A DNA stretch of 29,651 nt from a virus (IMGVR_UViG_3300048693_000171:1-29651); one strand, 5' to 3'; shown: positions 1-7,034, numbered from the stretch's first letter. Numbers and translations: made by a program. Notes: generated from the sequence alone by a model not told the origin.

Positions 1-137
1 TGGGTTATAGGAACCGGGGCGAAAATGGTTCCGCTGGTTTTAAATCTGCTGATAGTTTCCTTAGATAAGGTAAAACCTTGAGGTTGAAGACAATACAGTA
101 CCACGTATTCTTCGTAAAACTATCAGTGTGGTGGTAC

Positions 138-165
138 TTGACTTGCCGATAAAGAATGATATAAT
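138..165 (+). promoter_or_regulatory. sigma70-like promoter with CCGATA in spacer
   Basis: TTGACT(138)-CCGATA(146)-TATAAT(160), 16-bp spacer; AAGGAG RBS follows. Confidence 0.75.
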
Positions 166-185
166 GGTGACAAAGGAGAGATAAA

Positions 186-326
186 ATGTGTATGTGGTAT
201 GTTTTTAGAGATAAAGAACTGTTAGGCTATGTTCATGCTCCATCTTTATATCAAGCCAAAGTATTGGCATATAAAGATTTTGGGAATGACGTAACATTAA
301 AGAAAAGTAAGACAAATGACCGTTAA
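186..326 (+). CDS. hypothetical protein (46 aa, not in ORF track)
   Basis: ATG after AAGGAGAG RBS; MCMWYVFRDKELLG...; overlaps next ORF. Confidence 0.6.
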   Translation: MCMWYVFRDKELLGYVHAPSLYQAKVLAYKDFGNDVTLKKSKTNDR

Positions 327-540
327 CGAACTTATCCAGCAGTTGCAGACCTATCCCGGCGATATGAGGGTATTGACTCTTGGGTATGAGGGAGGGTATA
401 ATGATACTCAACTTCATACAGAAGAGATTGTGTTCAACTTTTCTAAGAATGATGCTTGGTATTATGGGCCTCATGAAAGCGTGAAGTTGACCGATGGCGA
501 TATTGGTACGGAATGTTTGATTATTGCGAGGGGAAAATGA
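316..540 (+). CDS. hypothetical phage protein, paralog of 13052..13297
   Basis: MTVxELI...MRV...GYExG shared with 13052 ORF. Confidence 0.75.
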   Translation: MTVNELIQQLQTYPGDMRVLTLGYEGGYNDTQLHTEEIVFNFSKNDAWYYGPHESVKLTDGDIGTECLIIARGK

Positions 541-740
541 ACTGGCATTATGGTAATCCTAGTAAAGATGGAGAATATATTTGTTGTATTAGGGGTTATT
601 CTGAACCTATGCCATATAATTGGTATAAAGGACAATGGGGAATCTATAATGCTAATTTTGATGAACTTGACCCCATTGACAACTCCCTAGTTGTATGCTA
701 TATTGGTTTTGATGAGATTCCTATGCCGGAGAATTGGTGA
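537..740 (+). CDS. hypothetical protein
   Basis: ATGA overlap with previous stop; start moved to 537. Confidence 0.65.
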   Translation: MNWHYGNPSKDGEYICCIRGYSEPMPYNWYKGQWGIYNANFDELDPIDNSLVVCYIGFDEIPMPENW

Positions 741-976
741 TGAAAATTCTATGTGCTGAAAATAAAAACTTGAATCCTGTTTCTGGTAATTTAGTTAGGG
801 TTTTTGTTGATGGAGACTATAGTTATGGTTATTGGGTTGACGAAGTTGAACTTTTTGATATATTGACACCTGACCAAAAAAATGATTATGCTCAAAAATC
901 TCAAATAGAATTAGACGTTACCAATGAGATAGCAAAACATATTATTGAAATTGGTCTAAATCCTTATAAGAAATAA
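740..976 (+). CDS. hypothetical protein
   Basis: TGATG coupling to previous ORF. Confidence 0.65.
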   Translation: MKILCAENKNLNPVSGNLVRVFVDGDYSYGYWVDEVELFDILTPDQKNDYAQKSQIELDVTNEIAKHIIEIGLNPYKK

Positions 977-978
977 CA

Positions 979-1179
979 ATGAAAACTGAAACCATTAAAC
1001 TAACTAAGACTGAACTGGACTATGTATTGACTCTCATATATGAAAATATTAGAGACGGTTGGTACTATGGTAACAAGCAACAGTTTGAAAAAAGGCAATC
1101 TAAGTTGCTTGATAAACTATTAGCGATCAACGACAATGCTATTCTTAGAAAGGTGCGAAGCGCTAATGGAATGGATTAG
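979..1179 (+). CDS. hypothetical protein
   Basis: operon packing. Confidence 0.65.
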   Translation: MKTETIKLTKTELDYVLTLIYENIRDGWYYGNKQQFEKRQSKLLDKLLAINDNAILRKVRSANGMD

Positions 1180-1423
1180 TTTTTTCGGCCCTCGTCGCCC
1201 TATCAACGGCCAGAAAGTTTATTACTGGGGCGAGTATATTGGAGTGTGGCAGGGAAGGTACGAGATTCATCGTGATGATCCTGTGAGTGAACATATTCTT
1301 ATTTGTGAGGAAGCCCCTGGTATTGTGGATCGTATGGATGCTCCGTGGTGGATGCCATACGAGGGACAACCAAGACCAAAACGACCACCAACAGATTATC
1401 CAGAAGATTATCCTAACTCCTGA
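1166..1423 (+). CDS. hypothetical protein
   Basis: likely start MEWISF; stop codon lies inside box A of repeat 1. Confidence 0.65.
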   Translation: MEWISFFGPRRPINGQKVYYWGEYIGVWQGRYEIHRDDPVSEHILICEEAPGIVDRMDAPWWMPYEGQPRPKRPPTDYPEDYPNS

Positions 1424-1491
1424 CAGGATAAGGACTTACGACGAGGCGGCGCCGCCCGATTTGCTCTAACTCTTTACGCACCAACAACTTA
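1414..1491. repeat. 78-bp double-box repeat, copy 1
   Basis: TAACTCCTGACAGGATAAGGACTTA (1414) + 28-bp GC core + TAACTCTTTACGCACCAACAACTTA (1467). Confidence 0.9.
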
Positions 1492-1521
1492 CGATCAAAA
1501 TTATTTTTCTAAAGAATCCTC

Positions 1522-1549
1522 TTGACTATCCCGATAATACTGATATACT
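1522..1549 (+). promoter_or_regulatory. CCGATA-type promoter
   Basis: TTGACT(1522)-CCGATA(1531)-TATACT(1544). Confidence 0.75.
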
Positions 1550-1555
1550 TAGGGA

Positions 1556-1643
1556 GCAAGTAGATACGGGCCGTTGGCAGAATGACGTCAAAGAAGCCAC
1601 GGTTAAATGCAAAGCCGAGTATGGCATAACCCGATCTATTTGT
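1556..1643 (+). ncRNA. candidate structured small RNA
   Basis: starts at predicted +1; closing stem 1557-1570/1630-1642; inner stem CCGTTGGC/GCCACGG; no credible ORF. Confidence 0.45.
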
Positions 1644-1692
1644 CTCTGCTAATCCTACGGATTTGGCTGGGGTGGCTGTAGTCAGCGAGAAT
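1640..1692. repeat. TTGT..AGTCAG repeat (family 2), copy 1
   Basis: TTGTCTC(1640)..CGGATTT..AGTCAGCGAGA(1680); 40-bp offset. Confidence 0.75.
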
Positions 1693-1701
1693 ATTGGACT
1701 C

Positions 1702-1730
1702 TTGACAAACGATTGCCGATAATGTATACT
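1702..1730 (+). promoter_or_regulatory. CCGATA-type promoter, probably leaderless transcript
   Basis: TTGACA(1702)-CCGATA(1716)-TATACT(1725), 17-bp spacer; ATG at 1737 near +1. Confidence 0.75.
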
Positions 1731-1736
1731 AGAACC

Positions 1737-2162
1737 ATGAAAACAAAACCAACGCATGGCGAAGTACGATTTCATTTGAGCAGTGGCGAGCATTATATGC
1801 ACTGGCAAGTGAAAGTGAAAAGGGGCGGTAAGACTATTGATGTCTACTATTACGATCCATCTGAATATCAGTTAGAGATGAGGGGTTGTATCCTGTGGAA
1901 TAGGCCGAATAAGGCTAAACAGGTGTTTGAGGCTGGTGTGCATGATGTTAGTGGATGGGTTCGGTGTGAAGAAGTTATGCTGAGAAAGGATTTTCATCCG
2001 ATTCTGCCTATTGACAATCTTGAAAAGTTATTTTATAATCCACTTCGTGATCCGCACTGGCGACGAGAAAGCGACAGCAACGAATTCGTTTGGGATGGTA
2101 GCGAGTATGCTACGCTCCTGACTAACGGCAAACAAGTCTATATTTTGGAAGAAAGGGTTTGA
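1737..2162 (+). CDS. hypothetical protein
   Basis: 141-aa ORF directly after promoter. Confidence 0.75.
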   Translation: MKTKPTHGEVRFHLSSGEHYMHWQVKVKRGGKTIDVYYYDPSEYQLEMRGCILWNRPNKAKQVFEAGVHDVSGWVRCEEVMLRKDFHPILPIDNLEKLFYNPLRDPHWRRESDSNEFVWDGSEYATLLTNGKQVYILEERV

Positions 2163-2163
2163 T

Positions 2164-2535
2164 ATGATCAATCTGCAACTGAGCGTTCGTGAGGCTATGA
2201 ATCTGGCTACGAACTGCAATCTGGAAATCTATGAGCGGATCGTGGCCGCTTTTGAGGTGGCGTTGGGTGTGAACCAGAACAAGATGGTGACGATCACCAG
2301 AGGTATGACTCTGGACAATCGTATCTCTTGCATCAAGGCTATTCGACTCCATACTGGTTGGGGTTTGAAGGAGGCCAAGGAGTGGACGGATTTTCTGGTG
2401 GGCGGCTGGAAGTATGACAAGTGGAATCCTGCTCCTGCTGGTAGGACGCAGAGTATCACTCTCAAGACTCCCGAAGCGGCTGAGAATCTGCTCCGCGATC
2501 TTGTGGGTTTGGGTTGCGAAGGCTATCTTTCGTGA
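2164..2535 (+). CDS. protein with ribosomal protein bL12 (L7/L12) C-terminal-like domain
   Basis: NRISCIKAIRLHTGWGLKEAKEWTD resembles bL12 KIxVIKxVRxxTGLGLKEAKxLV. Confidence 0.75.
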   Translation: MINLQLSVREAMNLATNCNLEIYERIVAAFEVALGVNQNKMVTITRGMTLDNRISCIKAIRLHTGWGLKEAKEWTDFLVGGWKYDKWNPAPAGRTQSITLKTPEAAENLLRDLVGLGCEGYLS

Positions 2536-2537
2536 CC

Positions 2538-2615
2538 TAAAGCCTTGCCACTAAAGCACTTAGGGCGAGGCCGCGGGGCCGCGTTCGCCGTAACTCCTTA
2601 TGCCACAACGACTTA
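2538..2615. repeat. 78-bp double-box repeat, copy 2
   Basis: TAAAGCCTTGCCACTAAAGCACTTA (2538) + 28 bp + TAACTCCTTATGCCACAACGACTTA (2591). Confidence 0.9.
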
Positions 2616-2648
2616 GGAACAATCCGAAAAAATATTCATGTAACCACC

Positions 2649-2676
2649 TTGACTTGCCGATACTATATGGTAGAAT
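2649..2676 (+). promoter_or_regulatory. CCGATA-type promoter
   Basis: TTGACT(2649)-CCGATA(2657)-TAGAAT(2671). Confidence 0.75.
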
Positions 2677-2810
2677 GATAGCATCACACGACAAGACGCT
2701 ACCTGACTGCAACACACAAAAGTTCAGCCTAGCACTTGACAGGTGATGTTGTCTGATGTATGATTACTTTACTCTGTTCGATTACACTTTTGGAAAGGTT
2801 AGGTTTGACT

Positions 2811-3068
2811 ATGCGTACTTATGATTTTGCGGTTGCTGTTGCTTCTGATTCGCTGGATACTGAGGTGGTTGAGGATACGATCAAGCAGGCTCTTGCTGAT
2901 GGTCTGCCCGATGGTACTCTGGTTGTGGTCAAGGCTCAGGGTATCAAGGATTATTCCGAGCAGGGTTGGAAGGTTGCTCGTAACCGTAAGTTTGGCGTGA
3001 GTGTCAAGGAAGCGGGTGATGGTCACAAGGCTAAGACTACCAAGGTTGAAGTTGAGGCTATTGCCTAA
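2811..3068 (+). CDS. hypothetical protein
   Basis: likely start MRTYDF; strongly biased codons (GCT/GTT/AAG). Confidence 0.75.
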   Translation: MRTYDFAVAVASDSLDTEVVEDTIKQALADGLPDGTLVVVKAQGIKDYSEQGWKVARNRKFGVSVKEAGDGHKAKTTKVEVEAIA

Positions 3069-3069
3069 G

Positions 3070-3098
3070 TTGACACAACTGGACTATGCCAGTATAAA
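3070..3098 (+). promoter_or_regulatory. sigma70-like promoter upstream of structured RNA and tRNA-Arg
   Basis: TTGACA(3070)-17 bp-TATAAA(3093). Confidence 0.55.
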
Positions 3099-3107
3099 TA
3101 GATTTTA

Positions 3108-3292
3108 GGCATAGTGCGGCGGGATTCGTCCCGCGTAATGATGTGGGAAATACCCACCTAGCAGAGTCTAACCAACTAATAACCAGCGTGGTTGCTGGGA
3201 AGGGGTCTGCTGCTAGTATATTGCCGATGGTAAAGTGGCTCCACCATCAACCGCATAACCCGCACGGGACGCCGTGGCGGGCCTGCGGCATT
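3108..3292 (+). ncRNA. candidate structured RNA, about 185 nt
   Basis: consecutive stems GCGGGA-TTCG-TCCCGC, GTGGG/CCCAC, CTAGCAG/CTGCTAG, CCAGC/GCTGG, GATGGT/ACCATC, CCCGC/GCGGG. Confidence 0.5.
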
Positions 3293-3295
3293 GAC

Positions 3296-3367
3296 GGCCC
3301 CATAGTTAAATGGATATAACAAGTGCCTTCTAAGCACTGGTTAGGGGTTCGATTCCTCTTGGGGCTA
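3296..3367 (+). tRNA. tRNA-Arg(TCT)
   Basis: full cloverleaf; AGTGC-CT TCT AA-GCACT; TTCGATT T-loop; no encoded CCA. Confidence 0.95.
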
Positions 3368-3424
3368 CTATGAAAAACGAAGCAGAAACTACTGAGCAGT
3401 TTTTAAGCATGTGCGAACTACTCC

Positions 3425-3502
3425 TAAACTCTTTGAGGATAAAGACTTAGAGCGAGCGGGGGCGGCCCGGCTTGACGTAACTCCTTTAGCATCAACGCCT
3501 TG
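3425..3502. repeat. 78-bp double-box repeat, copy 3
   Basis: TAAACTCTTTGAGGATAAAGACTTA (3425) + 28 bp + TAACTCCTTTAGCATCAACGCCTTG (3478). Confidence 0.9.
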
Positions 3503-3532
3503 CGTCAAAAATAATTTCTTCAAGAAAATGCC

Positions 3533-3561
3533 TTGACAGCACCGATAACCTAGTGTAGAAT
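3533..3561 (+). promoter_or_regulatory. CCGATA-type promoter
   Basis: TTGACA(3533)-CCGATA(3542)-TAGAAT(3556); AGGAG RBS follows. Confidence 0.8.
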
Positions 3562-3583
3562 CAGTAGACACGCTAGGAGAAGA

Positions 3584-4291
3584 ATGATGAAAACCGCAGA
3601 CGGTAATGATAAGTTGGGTAAGGGTTGCATTGTGGTTTCGCGTCCGGTTGGCGATACTTGCCCAAGCGATTGCGATTATCTCGGAAACGGCTGTTATGCC
3701 GAAGGTACTGAACGGCAGTACAAAAACGCCCGTGTCGCTGGTTTTGCTAACGTAGTCACGGAGAAAAACAAAATCCGTGCCATGATTCTTGACGCAAAAA
3801 AGCGTGAGAAATCTATCCGCTGGCATGAGCGTGGCGATTGGTTTCTCAATGGTGAACTTGACACAGACTACGTTGATAATGTAACGTGGGCTTGCGAGAG
3901 TATTCTTGCTAGTGGTGATAGTCTGCCCGATATGTGGTTCTATACTCATATCTACGATAGTCGGCTTGTTGCTCTGGAAAAGTATATGGCAGTCTACGCT
4001 AGTATTCACGACGATAACGATATGAACGAGGCTAAGAATCAAGGCTTCAAGTTGTTTGCGTGGTGCGATAGCGATATGAAAATTGCCCCGAAGCGACCAA
4101 AGAACAAGGCTAAGGCCGACGCTTGGCGACAAGCGTTGCCCAAACTGGTTGTGCTGAACGGTGAGAAGTTTGTGACTTGTCCGGAAATTCGTCGCGGTCG
4201 TTCGGTTATCACTTGCACCGGCACGAAGGATAGTATAAGTTGTGATATGTGCGTAAAAGGATTAGCCAACGTATTATTTCCCTCCCATTGA
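3584..4291 (+). CDS. Cys-rich phage protein, GP88-like
   Basis: TCP..C..CYA, RWHxxGD, WFYT and C-terminal CP..C..CxxC motifs. Confidence 0.6.
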   Translation: MMKTADGNDKLGKGCIVVSRPVGDTCPSDCDYLGNGCYAEGTERQYKNARVAGFANVVTEKNKIRAMILDAKKREKSIRWHERGDWFLNGELDTDYVDNVTWACESILASGDSLPDMWFYTHIYDSRLVALEKYMAVYASIHDDNDMNEAKNQGFKLFAWCDSDMKIAPKRPKNKAKADAWRQALPKLVVLNGEKFVTCPEIRRGRSVITCTGTKDSISCDMCVKGLANVLFPSH

Positions 4292-4292
4292 G

Positions 4293-4332
4293 ATTTTGGT
4301 GTATATACTAGTGGGCTTTAACTCACTAGGAG
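4293..4332 (+). promoter_or_regulatory. putative late-promoter motif plus RBS-overlapping hairpin
   Basis: ATTTTGGTGTATATA (exact copy at 21101-21087, minus strand); CTAGTGGG/CTCACTAG stem overlaps AGGAG. Confidence 0.5.
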
Positions 4333-4341
4333 ATATACACT

Positions 4342-4902
4342 ATGAAACATACGAATATAAGCCAATATATAAGAGAAAATAGGGATGAGTTTAAACAGCA
4401 TATTTTAAATAGAAAAACAGAAATAGAACTATCTAAAATATATGGTTGTTCTAATGCAACAATCATAGCGATGAAAAAAGAGTTAAAACTACAATCAAGA
4501 GATTTATTTAAAGAAAATAAGTTCAATCACAAATCTGATATAACGCACTGTAAAAGTTGTGGTAGAAAAAGCAAAAAAAATACTTGCTCTAAGTGTGTAC
4601 AGAAAAGAACAAATATAGCCAAGAAAGAACTGTTGATTGAAAAAGCTGGTGGTAAGTGTGTTAAATGCGGATATAAAGAATGTATTGCCGCATTAGATTT
4701 TCACCATATTAATCCCAAGACTAAAGAAATAAATCTTAATACAAACTTAAATATAAATACTAAGTTAAAAGAAATTAAAAAATGTATTCTATTATGTTGT
4801 CGATGTCATAGGGAACTACATTGGCAAGAGACTATTGACTTTGTTCAAGCAAACAGATATGCTATAGACAAGACGAAAGAAAGATTGTTTCCCGCTCACT
4901 AG
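4342..4902 (+). CDS. HNH endonuclease (putative homing endonuclease)
   Basis: CxxCGY..ALDFHH..LLCxxCHxxxH; more AT-rich than neighbours. Confidence 0.85.
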   Translation: MKHTNISQYIRENRDEFKQHILNRKTEIELSKIYGCSNATIIAMKKELKLQSRDLFKENKFNHKSDITHCKSCGRKSKKNTCSKCVQKRTNIAKKELLIEKAGGKCVKCGYKECIAALDFHHINPKTKEINLNTNLNINTKLKEIKKCILLCCRCHRELHWQETIDFVQANRYAIDKTKERLFPAH

Positions 4903-4911
4903 GAATAATCA

Positions 4912-5502
4912 ATGGCTACTAAATTTAGTTATGTTGGAAAGTATGAGAATAGTGGTAGCAAGAACTCTTTCTATAAACTGTCTGGAAAACCATATGGTTT
5001 CAAGAGTTTTCCTAATAAGAGTTTGGCCGAGTTTGCTCATGCTGTTCAGAGTCATTTAGCCCCATATCTTGCTCCGAAGGTTTATAGTTCTGTGTGTAGG
5101 ATCAGGGTTCCTAATTATTTTGTAGACGGCATCAAGAACAATAAGATAAAATATCGTACAGAAATGGTATTGAGCGATTGGGGGTATTTGACCGAGATTG
5201 CTAAGCAGTATGTTTGCTACGATAATGACTGTGACGGGGACTGTGCTCATTGTGACCTATGTTCGCACTATGATGAAATCGGGGATTTGCTCAATGGTAT
5301 GTGGGAGTGCGGAGTAGAATATACTGATTGCCATGAGGGTAATCTTGGCTGGGTAAAAAGAGAAAAGAAAAAGATTCTAGTTGCTATTGATTTTGGTAGA
5401 GAAAGCATAGGGGAAACCGAAGGACATTTTCCAGAAGTTTGTTGGGAAGGCGTAGAAGGTGCTTATTGTAACTGCCCTAAATGTGAGGAATGTTATGTCT
5501 AA
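4912..5502 (+). CDS. protein kinase-like fold protein with Cys-rich inserts
   Basis: DCHEGN catalytic-loop-like motif, IDFG motif, N-terminal GFK lysine. Confidence 0.6.
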   Translation: MATKFSYVGKYENSGSKNSFYKLSGKPYGFKSFPNKSLAEFAHAVQSHLAPYLAPKVYSSVCRIRVPNYFVDGIKNNKIKYRTEMVLSDWGYLTEIAKQYVCYDNDCDGDCAHCDLCSHYDEIGDLLNGMWECGVEYTDCHEGNLGWVKREKKKILVAIDFGRESIGETEGHFPEVCWEGVEGAYCNCPKCEECYV

Positions 5503-5737
5503 ATACTATATCAAATGTGGTACTCTAGAACTAATCTACTCAACAAGTAAAAATCCTCTTGAGGCAGCAGTAACTACTCTTGGCGAAAGCAATAAGTTCG
5601 ATGTTCTAGATGAATACTTCTATATAGATGAGCGTGGTTTTAGAGACTATACTACAGCCGACAAGTTGACGCAGGTTATCAAACTAAATAAGGTCTGTAG
5701 GCTGGCTGGCTGGGAAATCAATAGAGAAGACGAATAA
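5495..5737 (+). CDS. hypothetical protein
   Basis: likely start MSKYY; operon packing. Confidence 0.7.
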   Translation: MSKYYIKCGTLELIYSTSKNPLEAAVTTLGESNKFDVLDEYFYIDERGFRDYTTADKLTQVIKLNKVCRLAGWEINREDE

Positions 5738-5746
5738 AGCTAACCG

Positions 5747-5824
5747 CAAATCCTTTGTACGCAAGTACTTAGGGCTAGCGGGGCCGGCCCGGCTGATCGT
5801 AACTCCTTATGCTTCAACCACTTA
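5747..5824. repeat. 78-bp double-box repeat, copy 4
   Basis: CAAATCCTTTGTACGCAAGTACTTA (5747) + 28 bp + TAACTCCTTATGCTTCAACCACTTA (5800). Confidence 0.9.
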
Positions 5825-5843
5825 GGAAAAATTAAAGAATGGG

Positions 5844-5872
5844 TGGACGGATACCGATAAGTATGGTATGCT
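5844..5872 (+). promoter_or_regulatory. CCGATA-type promoter
   Basis: TGGACG(5844)-CCGATA(5854)-TATGCT(5867). Confidence 0.6.
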
Positions 5873-5894
5873 AATCAGATGCAGAGGAGAAAGA

Positions 5895-6263
5895 ATGATC
5901 CAGTGGATAGGGGTTATTATTGCCCTATTAGGTTTGGCCTATAATGGTGTAAAAGACTACCAAAAGGGTGATATAAAAATACCCAAACTACCAAAAAAAG
6001 AAGTATTGACAAAGGTGGTTTATCCGGTACAATACTGTTTAATGGCTTACGATCCTAATATTGACAAGGTTTTCTACTTACACGAAAATGGACAATGGTA
6101 TGATTACGCTCCACAACAACGACGATACCCGACCACGCCGCAAGTACGGCAAGATCAAGGTCAAGGTCAAGCAACCTTGGGAGACTCCTACGGGACACAA
6201 GGAGCATCGGGATACTACTATGGACAGCAGGCCCAAGCGTCAGCGAACACGACGAGACATTGA
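5895..6263 (+). CDS. hypothetical protein with N-terminal hydrophobic helix
   Basis: GAGGAG RBS; MIQWIGVIIALLGLAY. Confidence 0.65.
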   Translation: MIQWIGVIIALLGLAYNGVKDYQKGDIKIPKLPKKEVLTKVVYPVQYCLMAYDPNIDKVFYLHENGQWYDYAPQQRRYPTTPQVRQDQGQGQATLGDSYGTQGASGYYYGQQAQASANTTRH

Positions 6264-6294
6264 CAAGGCATGGCGTGATGAGTATGATATGTAG
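6088..6294 (+). CDS. small basic hypothetical protein overlapping previous ORF
   Basis: RPKRQRTRR tail; promoter-like sites at 6007 and 6061; start uncertain. Confidence 0.5.
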   Translation: MDNGMITLHNNDDTRPRRKYGKIKVKVKQPWETPTGHKEHRDTTMDSRPKRQRTRRDIDKAWRDEYDM

Positions 6295-6301
6295 TATTAT
6301 C

Positions 6302-6374
6302 GCCGGTATAACTCAGTTAGCAGAGTGTCAAATTTGTAATTTGAATGTCGTGGGTGCAAATCCTACTACCGGCT
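6302..6374 (+). tRNA. tRNA-Thr(TGT)
   Basis: GCCGGTA/TACCGGC acceptor; TCAAA-TT TGT AA-TTTGA; T-loop TGCAAAT. Confidence 0.92.
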
Positions 6375-6379
6375 CTCGC

Positions 6380-6450
6380 TCCGGGATGGTGAAACGGTAT
6401 CACAACTGACTTTGGATCAGTTTTTCTACGTTCGAATCGTAGTCCCGGAA
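6380..6450 (+). tRNA. tRNA-Gln(TTG)
   Basis: TCCGGGA/TCCCGGA; ACTGA-CT TTG GA-TCAGT; TTCGAAT. Confidence 0.95.
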
Positions 6451-6454
6451 TTAT

Positions 6455-6526
6455 TGTGAGGTAGCATAATGGTAATGCTCAAAACTGTTAATTTTGCCGA
6501 TGTCAGTTCGACTCTGACCCTCACAG
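6455..6526 (+). tRNA. tRNA-Asn(GTT)
   Basis: TGTGAGG/CCTCACA; CAAAA-CT GTT AA-TTTTG; G73. Confidence 0.93.
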
Positions 6527-6558
6527 CTTATTATACAGATAGTGTAGAATAATACAAT

Positions 6559-6645
6559 GGAACGTAGGCAGATATCGGCTTGCTGCACCTCTTTGCTAAA
6601 GAGGACTAGGTAATACTAGTGAAGGTTCAACTCCTTTGCGTTCCG
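6559..6645 (+). tRNA. tRNA-Ser(GCT)
   Basis: GGAACGT/GCGTTCC; CCTCT-TT GCT AA-AGAGG; long variable arm CTAG/CTAG; G73. Confidence 0.93.
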
Positions 6646-6675
6646 TTCGGAGGCTGGCGCGTTTGAGTTGCGGAC

Positions 6676-6746
6676 ATTGGCGTAGTTCAATAGTAGAATA
6701 ACTGTCTCCAAAACAGTAGATGGTGGTGCAATTCCACCCGCCTTTG
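6676..6746 (+). tRNA. tRNA-Trp(CCA) with mismatched acceptor stem (possible pseudogene)
   Basis: ACTGT-CT CCA AA-ACAGT; acceptor ATTGGCG/CGCCTTT has two T-T mismatches. Confidence 0.75.
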
Positions 6747-6747
6747 C

Positions 6748-6798
6748 TTGTATCATCTAATCCTTCGGATTTGCGGACTTGGCGATAGTCAGCGAAAG
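6748..6798. repeat. family-2 repeat, copy 2
   Basis: TTGTATC(6748)..CGGATTT..AGTCAGCGAAA(6787); 39-bp offset. Confidence 0.8.
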
Positions 6799-6813
6799 TC
6801 TCAATTTTTTTGG

Positions 6814-6841
6814 TTGACAAGCCGATAACGTATGGTACACT
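6814..6841 (+). promoter_or_regulatory. CCGATA-type promoter
   Basis: TTGACA(6814)-CCGATA(6822)-TACACT(6836). Confidence 0.75.
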
Positions 6842-6860
6842 TCCTATAAAGGAGAAAGAG

Positions 6861-7028
6861 ATGAAGCGGCTTCGTATCTATGATATTGTGATGGAGAGCG
6901 GAGAAAAGAGTCTGAATGATATTGTTCTTGAAATGCAGAATGATTTTGATTGGACTGATGTTTTCTTTGCTATTGAACAAAATTTGACATTTCCTGTTGA
7001 TAGTTATAGTTACGAGGAAATTTATTGA
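6861..7028 (+). CDS. small acidic hypothetical protein
   Basis: AAGGAG RBS; start MKRLRI. Confidence 0.7.
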   Translation: MKRLRIYDIVMESGEKSLNDIVLEMQNDFDWTDVFFAIEQNLTFPVDSYSYEEIY

Positions 7029-7034
7029 GGATAC

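Noticed and set aside
1575-1633. c-di-GMP-I riboswitch (GCAAAGCC seen)
   Set aside because: GGCAAAC, the GNRA P2 loop and receptor geometry are missing
3222-3290. Fluoride riboswitch or tmRNA 3' end (GCTCCACCA)
   Set aside because: No GCTRATGRC pseudoknot segment, and no T-arm before CCACCA
3370-3450. 26-aa ORF between tRNA-Arg and repeat 3
   Set aside because: Very short and its only RBS-like sequence lies within the tRNA; not listed as a gene
3389-4132. 247-aa minus-strand ORF and other antisense or nested ORFs in the track (e.g. 9254-9655, 14487-14819, 16652-17050, 18203-18577, 21673-22032, 28246-28518, 29431-29619)
   Set aside because: Shadows of better-supported genes; no RBS or recognisable motifs
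6596-6820. 74-aa minus-strand ORF
   Set aside because: Antisense to tRNA-Ser and tRNA-Trp
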